The notes beneath the pieces were generated by a model, which saw nothing but the letters and a program-made list of their open reading frames with translations, searched no databases and was not told where the DNA came from. Shown in pieces: positions 41,531 through 50,400 of a stretch of DNA of 64,000 bases. A program made the translations under genes and the position numbers. The DNA is taken from assembly GCA_963728915.1 (NCBI GenBank), contig CAVSLV010000004.1:288001-352000 (forward strand), given 5' to 3'. The stretch comes from an uncultured Gemmatimonadales bacterium. GTDB lineage: Bacteria; Gemmatimonadota; Gemmatimonadetes; Gemmatimonadales; GWC2-71-9. The first letter of the stretch is position 1. Each line of letters begins with the position of its first letter.

Positions 41531-43051
41531 ATGTCCCAGATCCTGATCACCCTCGCCGATCTCGAGACCGCGGTGCCGCTCAATGCCGCACTCGAGGCGG
41601 CCGGGTTCACCACCGCGGTCGTGTCGCCGGTGGATGACGCGCAAGCGGCGCTCAAGCGGGAGCATCCCGATCTCCTGATTCTCACCGGATCGGTCCGGGA
41701 GCCTACCGCCTTTCAGCTCACCCGCCTCGCTCGGGAAGCCGAGACCTACACGCTGGCGCTGCTCGAGCCCACCGACAGCGAACGGGGGGAACGGGGCGCC
41801 GGCCTGGGCGCCACCGCGGTGCTCACCAAGCCGATCAAACCGGACGACGCCGTGGAGACCGCGCGCCGCCTGGTGGAGCGACGGCGACTGCAGCAGGAGG
41901 CCGGGATTTCGGGTCAGAGCCCGGCGATCCATGAACTCCTCGTCAAGCTCGAACAGATGGGCCCGGTCACCACCACGGTCCTGATTCAGGGAGAATCGGG
42001 AACCGGCAAGGAGCTGGTCGCGAAAGCGCTGCACGATCTCTCGCCCCGTCGAGGCAAGGCATTCATCGCGGTCAATTGCTCGGCGCTTCCCGAGACGCTG
42101 CTCGAATCGGAGCTCTTCGGACACGAGAAGGGAGCGTTCACCGGAGCGGCGGAGCGGCGGCTCGGCCGGTTCGAGCTGGCGGACGGTGGGTCGCTGTTTC
42201 TCGATGAGATCGGGGATGTTCCTCTCGCGGTGCAGGTGAAGCTGCTCCGCGTGCTGGAGAGCCGCACCTTCTTCCGGGTGGGCGGCACCCAGCCCATCAA
42301 GGTCGACGTCCGGGTTATCGCAGCGACCAATCGCGCTTTGCGTGACCTCGTGGCGGTCGGCGAATTCCGCGAAGACTTGTACTATCGGCTTTCGGTTCTC
42401 AACATCTACCTGCCGCCGCTGCGGGATCGCCGGGAAGACATCCCCCTCCTGGTCCGCCGGTTCATTCGCGAACTCTCAAAGACCCACGAACGGGCTTTCC
42501 GCGGTATCACCGCCGAGGCCCTGGCGCGCCTCATCGAAGCGCCCTGGCCCGGGAACGTCCGGCAGCTCCGGAACCTCATCGAATCGATGGTGGTACTGGC
42601 ACCGGGAACCGAGATCCGGGCCTCCGATATCCCGGCCGATGTCCTGGAAGGCCCCACGGTCCTCCCGGTGCTTGTGGGAGGCCGTCATGGCTCCGGGGCC
42701 TCGGCGATCGGACCCCAGGAGCTCGAGTTCATCCTGCGGGGTCTCATGGACCTCCGGGCCCAGGTTGAGGACCTCCGCCGGAGGTTGGACGCCGGCCTCC
42801 CCGGGAGGGCCCGGGTCCAGGTCATCGAGGTCCCCGAACAGACCCTCACCCCGATAGAAATCGACTCAGAAGAGCCTAAACCTGCCCCCACCATCCTGTA
42901 CCGTAGTGGCATGACAATGGCTGATGTAGAGCGTGCCACGATTGCGGCAGCCTTGCGCGAGTGTCAAGGAAATAGACGGAAGGCGGCTGCAATGCTCGGC
43001 ATAGGAGAGCGTACACTGTACCGGAAGATTAAAGAGTTCAAGATCGCCTAA
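41531..43051 (+). CDS. Sigma-54 activator with atypical receiver-like domain
   Basis: [31 protein letters not shown]; receiver lacks the phospho-Asp (DLLILTG). Confidence 0.85.
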   Translation: MSQILITLADLETAVPLNAALEAAGFTTAVVSPVDDAQAALKREHPDLLILTGSVREPTAFQLTRLAREAETYTLALLEPTDSERGERGAGLGATAVLTKPIKPDDAVETARRLVERRRLQQEAGISGQSPAIHELLVKLEQMGPVTTTVLIQGESGTGKELVAKALHDLSPRRGKAFIAVNCSALPETLLESELFGHEKGAFTGAAERRLGRFELADGGSLFLDEIGDVPLAVQVKLLRVLESRTFFRVGGTQPIKVDVRVIAATNRALRDLVAVGEFREDLYYRLSVLNIYLPPLRDRREDIPLLVRRFIRELSKTHERAFRGITAEALARLIEAPWPGNVRQLRNLIESMVVLAPGTEIRASDIPADVLEGPTVLPVLVGGRHGSGASAIGPQELEFILRGLMDLRAQVEDLRRRLDAGLPGRARVQVIEVPEQTLTPIEIDSEEPKPAPTILYRSGMTMADVERATIAAALRECQGNRRKAAAMLGIGERTLYRKIKEFKIA

Positions 43052-43087
43052 GTAACGGCGCCAGAACAATTTGAATCTGGGGGACGC

Positions 43088-43116
43088 TTGACAGGGGAGG
43101 ACTTCTTCCCAATCTT
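43088..43116 (+). promoter_or_regulatory. Putative sigma-70 promoter of the DGC operon
   Basis: Perfect TTGACA at 43088-43093 followed after 16-17 nt by CAATCT/AATCTT. Confidence 0.45.
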
Positions 43117-43152
43117 GGGTCTGTCGGCTTCCGGCCACTTGGGCGGGTCGGC

Positions 43153-44886
43153 GTGAACTTTGTCATCAATGGCGACACCTGCGTCGCATGCTTGGCGTGC
43201 GTGCGGGTGTGCCCTACCAACGCGATTGCGGTGGCGCCTGACGCCACCACGGTCCGGGTGATCGATGAGGGGTGCATCCGGTGCGGCTTGTGTGTACCGG
43301 AGTGTCCGCACGACGCAGTCGAGGTGAGTGGTGAGCAGGGCCGAGCGGTCGCGATCGCGGCCGAGGGCACCGGCGTGCTGATCCTGGGCACGGAGTGCGC
43401 GGCGCATTTCCATCCGGTGCTTCCGGACCAGGTGGTGAACGCGTGTTATGCCGCCGGGTTCCGGCTGGTCTCGCGCGGAGTGATCGGCGACGAGCTGGTG
43501 GCGGCGGAGTACCTCCGGCTCTGGCGGGCGAACCGGTTCCCGGGCGGAACCCTGATCCGTTCCACCGATTCGGTGGTGGTGGACGCGATCCGGTCCCAGT
43601 ACCCGCAGCTGATTCCCCACCTCGCGCCGGTGGTGGTTCCCGCGGTGGCCGAAGCGCGGTATCTGCGCTCGATTCACGGCGAGGACGTGCAGATCGTCTA
43701 TGCGGGGGTGGTGCCGCCGCCGGATGGGTCGCGCGACGAGGTCGATGCGTCGATCACCTTCGCCGATCTGGCCGAGCTGTTCCGGGTTCGGGGCGTGACT
43801 GCGGCGGCCCAGCCGGTGGTGTTCACCCGGATCCCGGCTGAGCGGCGGCGACATCTTTCGGCGGCTGGGGGGATGCCGCTCGGGCTGCTCGCCGAGCTGA
43901 CCGAAACGAACACGAAATACCGGAAGCTCCGGGGTTTGGTGACGCTCAAGGCGCTGTCCCGGGCCGTCATGGACAAGCTCCCCCTGGGCTTCGTGGACAT
44001 TCTGTCGAGTGAGGGGTCGCTCGACCACCCACTTTCGGGGCCGAAGGACGAGCTCTACTGGCGCCGGGCGGTGGTGCAAAGCTCGGAGCCCCCCCGTAGC
44101 CGGGTGCCGGTGATCGAGCCCGGAGTGGTTGCAAGCGTTGGCGCGGTGTTCGATCTCAAGGCGCGGCATCCGGCCGCCGATGGCGCGGCGGTGCAACAGG
44201 TGCTCAAGACCATCGGGCTCGGCCCCAACGGTAAGCCGTGGGACTGCCGGGCCTGTGGCTACGAGACCTGCCGGGCCTTCGCGGAGGCGGCGGCACTGGG
44301 CCGGGCGAGTCTAAGGCAGTGCGCGCCGTTCCAGGAGCGGCGAGCCGAGGAGTCGCAGCGGGAAGCGGCGACCGACCTGCTGACTGGGCTGGCGACCTTC
44401 CGGGTGCTCCGGGACCGGCTGACCCAGGAGGTCGAGCGCAGCAAGCGGAGTGGCGAGCGGTTCACGGTGCTCTTCATCGACCTGGACCGGCTCAAGCAGG
44501 TCAACGACTCCTACGGCCACGAAGCGGGCAACGAAGTGCTGCGCGCGGTGGCCGCGGAAGTGAAGACCGCGGTCCGGGCGTCGGATCTCGCGGCGCGGTA
44601 TGGCGGAGACGAATTCGTGGTCATCCTGACCCGCACCCATCAGGAAGGGGCGGAGCGGGTGGCCGAGAAGATCCGGGAAGGCGTGGAGGACATCGGCCGG
44701 CGCCTGGGATATCAATCGGCCCCGGTAACGGTGAGCGTGGGAATCGCGGAGTTCGATCCCAAGCATCCTTCGGGGGGCGACCTGCTGGTGCAGGCGGACC
44801 GGGCCCTCTACCGGGCCAAATCGATGGGCCGGAACACGGTGGTCGGACCGTTGATGCTGGAGGAACGGACGGTCGGTGACCGGTGA
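43153..44886 (+). CDS. Diguanylate cyclase with 2x[4Fe-4S] ferredoxin, degenerate [FeFe]-hydrogenase-like domain and FeS domain
   Basis: CVACLACVRVCP, CIRCGLCVPECP, DCRACGYETC..C, DLDRLKQVND, RASD I-site, GGDEF. Confidence 0.85.
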   Translation: MNFVINGDTCVACLACVRVCPTNAIAVAPDATTVRVIDEGCIRCGLCVPECPHDAVEVSGEQGRAVAIAAEGTGVLILGTECAAHFHPVLPDQVVNACYAAGFRLVSRGVIGDELVAAEYLRLWRANRFPGGTLIRSTDSVVVDAIRSQYPQLIPHLAPVVVPAVAEARYLRSIHGEDVQIVYAGVVPPPDGSRDEVDASITFADLAELFRVRGVTAAAQPVVFTRIPAERRRHLSAAGGMPLGLLAELTETNTKYRKLRGLVTLKALSRAVMDKLPLGFVDILSSEGSLDHPLSGPKDELYWRRAVVQSSEPPRSRVPVIEPGVVASVGAVFDLKARHPAADGAAVQQVLKTIGLGPNGKPWDCRACGYETCRAFAEAAALGRASLRQCAPFQERRAEESQREAATDLLTGLATFRVLRDRLTQEVERSKRSGERFTVLFIDLDRLKQVNDSYGHEAGNEVLRAVAAEVKTAVRASDLAARYGGDEFVVILTRTHQEGAERVAEKIREGVEDIGRRLGYQSAPVTVSVGIAEFDPKHPSGGDLLVQADRALYRAKSMGRNTVVGPLMLEERTVGDR

Positions 44887-44916
44887 CTCGCCGCCGGTGA
44901 CCCGACCAGGTGACCG

Positions 44917-45690
44917 GTGACCAGTAACAAGGGGGAGGATGGAGTGAGCGGACCGTCAGCGTCGCGCCCGGATCCTGGACCTCGGCCGCCGGCCTCTGGC
45001 CTCAGCGCGGAGAATATCCCGGATCCCTGGGGCGTCCGCCGGGCGGAGAACCTGCTCACCTCGCTCGAGGGAGTGTTGTCGGCGCGGGTGGTGACGACGC
45101 CGCTGGGTGAAGTGAGTGAGGTCCACGTGCTGGCGCAGGCCGGGTTGCCGGCCAAGCAGCTGGTGCGGAACGTCGAGTCGGCGTTGCTGGCGCATCTGGG
45201 ACTCCGGGTGGATCACCGGAAGATCAGCATCGCGCAGACGGCGGAGGTCAAGCCGCTCGAGACGCTGGAGCAGGGCGCGGTTCGCGAGAAGTCGCTGATG
45301 CGGAGCGTGCTGTTCGAGAACATTCAGGTGATGCCGGGCCGGCGGCCAGGGCGCTGCCTGGTGCTGGTGTCGCTGAGTTGTCTTGGGGCAAACGAAGCGG
45401 CGGAGGAAGAGGGGCCGGACTCGACGCGGGGCCGGGTGGAGTCGGCGGCCAAGGCGGCGGTGGCGGTGCTGGACCGATGGATCTCGAGAGGGGCGCTGGT
45501 GCTGGACACGGCCAAGGCGCTCGAGCTCAACGACCGGCAGCTGGTATTCGTGGCGGTGCAGGCGGTGAACGGCCGCGAATCGCTGCTGCTCACGGGGACG
45601 GCGGAGCCGAAGGGGAACCTGGAGCGGGCGGCGGTGCTGGCGGTACTGGATGCGACCAACCGGTGGGCGGAGGCGCGTCGGCCGGCGTAG
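44917..45690 (+). CDS. Conserved hypothetical protein
   Basis: Host-like codon use; EVHVLA..KQLVRNVESAL..KISIAQ and AAVLAVLDATNR; start uncertain (44917 or 44944). Confidence 0.7.
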   Translation: MTSNKGEDGVSGPSASRPDPGPRPPASGLSAENIPDPWGVRRAENLLTSLEGVLSARVVTTPLGEVSEVHVLAQAGLPAKQLVRNVESALLAHLGLRVDHRKISIAQTAEVKPLETLEQGAVREKSLMRSVLFENIQVMPGRRPGRCLVLVSLSCLGANEAAEEEGPDSTRGRVESAAKAAVAVLDRWISRGALVLDTAKALELNDRQLVFVAVQAVNGRESLLLTGTAEPKGNLERAAVLAVLDATNRWAEARRPA

Positions 45691-45884
45691 GGATACGGAG
45701 CAGGTGAGGGACTAACCCGCAGGCTGAGATAAAGGAGAGCGACCAAAGGGAGGGGACCCCGGCTATCGCGGTGATTTGAGCGGAGCCGAGAGGGCACAAT
45801 CGAGCGGAGCGTCTGGCGGCCGTAGCGGGGCTCGCCACTTCCCAGTAGGAGCAGTTGGCTTTAAGAGGGGAGGTGACGCTCTAC

Positions 45885-45950
45885 ATGATCGAATGGCTCG
45901 CGGCATTGTTCTCGGCGCTGTTTGCGGCTGAGGTGCAGAGTTGGACGTAA
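45885..45950 (+). CDS. Unannotated 21-aa hydrophobic peptide MIEWLAALFSALFAAEVQSWT
   Basis: Extended Shine-Dalgarno AGGGGAGGTGA (45866-45876) 8 nt before the ATG; amphipathic helix; palindrome just downstream. Confidence 0.65.
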   Translation: MIEWLAALFSALFAAEVQSWT

Positions 45951-45992
45951 TGCCGTGACCGTCGGGGGCCCCGACCCTAGTCTGAATCAGAG

Positions 45993-47471
45993 ATGCGCAA
46001 GATCACCATCCATTCCTATGTCAGCCTCATCGCAACCGCGTGCCTTATGGTCGTGGGGGCTTCTTGGTTTGGCCGAGGGGTGTATCCGGGATCTTGGGGC
46101 ATTCTTGTCCTTCTCACTGCCGGATTCCTCCTTGAGATTTCGGCGACGGCGCTAAGGAGTGGTAACGCACACGGATCCCTGTCCTTTGTAACTGACTTGT
46201 CAGCGGGTTTGCTTTTTGGTCCGTTCTGGGGAGCAGTGGTTGCCGGCGCTTTCATGACGCTGACCCAGTTCTACACGCGGCGTCCCGCACTAAAGGGGGT
46301 CTTCAACGTCTCCCAAAGAATTCTTTGTTTGGTTGTTTTTCTTTGGATCTACAGGGCCCTTGGAGGAACAATTCCTCCTGCGTTCCTCCGTGACACAAAA
46401 CTGATCGGCGTTCATACGGTCATACCCGTCGTTATTGCGTTTCTTGCTGCAGCATTTGCCTACTTCATGCTGAACTCCCTTTTTGTAAGTGGGGCAGTCG
46501 CGCTTAGCCAAAAGACTTCCGTTGTCGAGATTTGGAGGAAGAACACCCTTTGGGTGCTTGGGTATGACGTGGCCGCGAGCTACATGGCGTTTTTTATTGC
46601 GTGGCTCTACCTGCGATTTGATGGCCCGGATGGATACTCCCGTTTGGGGTTCCTGGCGGTTTTCCTCCCCATCATTGGAGCCAAACACGTCTACACCAAG
46701 TTGAACCAATTGCAGCGACTCTATGATGAGCTTGATTCTGCGCACGATAGACTAGAGCTCAACGTTCGCGAACAACTGGAAATGATGGTTAAATCCATCG
46801 AAGCGCGTGACCCGTATACTTCAGGCCACTCCCGGCGTGTTGCCGCTCTCTCTCGCGCGCTTGCGACTGACCTTGCTTTGGAGGCGAAGCTTGCGGACGA
46901 AATTGAGAACGCTGCTCTCCTGCACGATGTCGGCAAGATTCACGCAGAGTTTGCACCCATCCTTTCTAAGGAAGGTCGGTTGACGGCGGAAGAGTGGGAA
47001 ATCATGAAGACACACTCGATCAAGAGTGCTGAATTGGTGGCGCTTTTCTCGCGTTTCCAAGGGAACGTGCTCAACAGTGTTCGCTCGCATCATGAGCGCT
47101 GGGATGGGAAAGGATACCCGGACGGCATTGCTGGGGAGGCGATTCCATTAGGGGCACGAATCATCATGATCGCGGATACGATTGATGCGATGAGCACTGA
47201 CCGTCCGTATCGCGGAGCGCTCCCGCTAGACAAGGTGATGTCTGAGCTTGTCAAGTATCGGGGAATTCAGTTCGACCCGGCCTTGGTGGACGTCACAGTC
47301 AATTCGGTAACAATCCGTCGACTGATTTCTGATCGGGATTTCCTGGCCGAACAGGTAAGCACGATCAAAGCCTCAACTCGCAAGCCTGCTCGGGCCGCTC
47401 TTCGTTCCCAACGCAGTTTTTGGGAGGGCCTTCGTTCAGCGATGGGTTCCCAAGAGTCCCAAAGCCTGTAG
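45993..47471 (+). CDS. Membrane-anchored HD-GYP phosphodiesterase
   Basis: About 7 N-terminal TM helices; RDPYTSGHS, LHDVGK, HHERWDGKGYP, DRPYR, QFDP. Confidence 0.9.
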   Translation: MRKITIHSYVSLIATACLMVVGASWFGRGVYPGSWGILVLLTAGFLLEISATALRSGNAHGSLSFVTDLSAGLLFGPFWGAVVAGAFMTLTQFYTRRPALKGVFNVSQRILCLVVFLWIYRALGGTIPPAFLRDTKLIGVHTVIPVVIAFLAAAFAYFMLNSLFVSGAVALSQKTSVVEIWRKNTLWVLGYDVAASYMAFFIAWLYLRFDGPDGYSRLGFLAVFLPIIGAKHVYTKLNQLQRLYDELDSAHDRLELNVREQLEMMVKSIEARDPYTSGHSRRVAALSRALATDLALEAKLADEIENAALLHDVGKIHAEFAPILSKEGRLTAEEWEIMKTHSIKSAELVALFSRFQGNVLNSVRSHHERWDGKGYPDGIAGEAIPLGARIIMIADTIDAMSTDRPYRGALPLDKVMSELVKYRGIQFDPALVDVTVNSVTIRRLISDRDFLAEQVSTIKASTRKPARAALRSQRSFWEGLRSAMGSQESQSL

Positions 47472-50400
47472 TTGGTCACCGCAGGCCGTAGGTAATTGTG
47501 CCAACGCTTTCTGAAGCTCTCGTAGGTCGCCCTTACGATTTCCACCACCCTTCCTTCGCAAGAAAGCAATCGCACAGTGCAGTTCCGCTCGATCAAGGGC
47601 ATCGAGACGCTCATTCATGTTGCGAACTGTTGTCAGCACCTGCAAGCCCCTCTTGAAATCCTTATTCTCGTCAGAGAGAAGCGCAACCCAACGCGCGTAG
47701 GTTCCAGTCAAAGCCAGCGTTGGAGGGCGATCTTGACCAGCCCCAGCGGCAAGGGCCATCTGGAAGGCTTGTTTCTTCTTGTCGAGCAACCACAGAATGT
47801 CAGCCACAAAATAGAGACCCCAACGGACGATCCAGTCCTCACAACCGTGGGCTTCACGTCGAATTACTTCGATTGTTCGCTGGGCTTCCTCCGAACGACC
47901 AAGGTGCGCTTCCGCAAGCCCAAGTAGACCGGCACTCCGCACCCGGTCAAATGGCTCGGTTCTATCAGTCCTATGTTTTCGCGCGACGAGAGCCCATTCT
48001 AGCTGGAGTCTATGATCTCCTAGACGGAGGTGAGTCATGGCAAGATTTGAGGCTGCCATACTCAACATCCCCTCGTTTCCAAGCCTACCGGCCAGCGTCA
48101 TTGCGTACTCGAAGGGCTGGATGGCCCTTTGGTATTCACCGTCCGCGGTTGCGAGTACACCAATCCCAACCTGAAGTGAAGCTAGCATCGCATCTCTGAT
48201 ACCTGCCCCCTCCAGAATCAGACTGGCTGTCTGTGCCGCTTTCGAGCATGTTTCTGTATCCCTTCGCTGAAAAGCGGCCATCGCTTCTCCCACGAGGACC
48301 ATCGCTTTATCTCGAGGCTCTTCCATTTGCTCTGAAAGTCGTGAGAGAACGCTTTGAAGTCCTTCACAAAGCTCCATATCTCGCAGTTTGGTGGCGATCC
48401 TTGCCGATGCAAGGGCAGCGCGTGCGCGAGCTCCACTTGTTGTGCGTCCTCTGTAGGAAGCAATGAAGGCCCGAACAAGCTCCGTCTCTTCTTCCCGAGC
48501 CAATAGCCCTAGTCTGCTTTTCGCGTCGATCTCGAGCTCTTCATAGAGCTCGATGACCCTTGGTTCAGTGGGACCGACCGCTTTTAGTTCCTCGATTGTC
48601 TCCAAGATGGCCTTCGCCTCACCCATCTCGTGATAGGATTCCGCGAGCAACAAGGCCGCCTCCTGCCAGATGTCCCCTTTGAACTCACGTAAGGCGGAGG
48701 CCAATGCCCGCGCCGCCTCATCCGGCGCTCCGCTTGCAATCGATTGGCGCGATCCAGAAATCAGAAACGGCCCGGCCTCGTCCCGCCGTTTGGCACGGAT
48801 GCAATGCCACGCCACCTCCAGGCCGGGAATCGCGTCGCCGGTCGCAATAGCCGCCAGGAGCTGGGTCGCCACGCTGTCGTGCAATCGTACCCGGGTCGTC
48901 GCCGGAATCTTGAGGTACACCCTGGCCCGCATCACTTCGTTGGTGAACTCGAGCCCCTGATAGGTGCTCCGCAGGATCCGCTGCTCCACCAGCTCCGAGA
49001 GCGCCGCCATGATCTGCGCCTGGGAGAAGTCCAGGCAGCGGAAATACTGAAAGTCATTCAGGCGTGGTCCCAGGATGACCGCGAGATACAACGCGACCCG
49101 GTGCCGCGGCGAGAGGGACGGCACGATCCGCTCGATGAACTGATCGTAGTCCTCGGCTTCGAGCGCCGCCCCGGAGAAGTCGGAGCGCATCGCCGTGAGC
49201 AGCAGCGCCAGGGGCGCGTTGGGATGACTGACCCAGTCCCGGGCGAGCAGTTCGAGCGCCATGGGGTTCCCGGCGGCGGTCCGAAGGATGGCACGCCGCT
49301 GGGGCGCCCCCGGCACCTTGCCCGCCTCGTGAAAGATCAACCGCAACAGCTCTTCCGCCTCGCCTTCGCTGAGCGCGGGGAGATCAATCCGCCGGACCCC
49401 GAGATGGGCAACGGCGCGCCTGATCCGGGCCGCCTGCGGAGGATCCTCCGGACTGGGCGGCCTCCCGCTCAGGATCACCATGAGCCGGTGATTCTCGCTC
49501 CGCCGCAGGAGAAGATGCAGGACACTCAGACTGACTTCGTCCGATCGGGGATAGTCATCCACGATGAGGACGAGAGGCTGTTCCTCCATGATCGCGTCGA
49601 ACATCGCGAAGGTGCCCTCGGCGAAATGCAGCCGGGCCGCTTCACCTTCGGTGTTCAGCGCCGGGGGCAGGTGAGGGAAGCGCTCCCGCACTTTCGGAAC
49701 GATGCGGGCCACCTCGGCAAGCGACTCGGGAGCCGTCCCCGCCACCCCCGGACGGTCCAGGAGCTCGGTGATCAGCGCTCCCATCATTCCAAAGGCGATC
49801 CGCTGTTCCAGCTCGAAGCACTGCACCCGGGCAATCGCCGCCCCCGCGAAGGACGCCATGGATCCGAACCGCATCGCGAGCGTCGATTTCCCGATTCCCG
49901 ATTCGCCGGTAAGCAGCACGTGGGTGCTCCTGGAGCGGCTGGTGGTCTCCCAGGCCTCGAACAACACCCGGTACTCCGCCGCCCTGCCGACGAACGGGCG
50001 CTCCCCGTATTGCTCGACGATCGCCGCCGCCGGATTCGCGGCCAAGGCGAGGCTTCGCTTGCGGAGCCGACCGGCCAGCGCTTCGACTTCGGCCGAGGGC
50101 GCAGCGTGCAGTTCATTCTGGAGGTCGCGTTTCCATCGCTCGTAAAGACGCAAGGCGCCGAGCCGGTCGCCCTGAAGCGCCAGAGACTCCATGCGCGCGA
50201 TAATCCCTTCGTCGGCGAGTTGATCCAGGCTCAGCAACCGCTCGGCGAAGACGGTCATCGCGCCGGCATCGCCGGAACGGCGGGCTCGGTCGATGAAGGC
50301 GGCGAGCGCGGTCTTGATGGCAGGGAGGAACTCCGCGCGTTTCCCGTCGAGCCAGTGCTGGAAGCCCGGGGCGTCGATGATATCGAAATCGCGGAGGAGG

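Noticed and set aside
43153..44886. Functional H2-sensing [FeFe]-hydrogenase
   Set aside because: All H-cluster-ligating cysteines are absent
45790..45840. c-di-GMP-I riboswitch or sigma-54 promoter in the peptide leader
   Set aside because: GGCACA and GTAGCGGGG resemble parts of the aptamer, but the GNRA stem and CGCAAA junction are missing; the GG-N10-GC match lacks the TGG/TTGC context
45922..46155. 77-aa ORF from the track
   Set aside because: Overlaps the peptide and HD-GYP genes in another frame; no RBS; no family features
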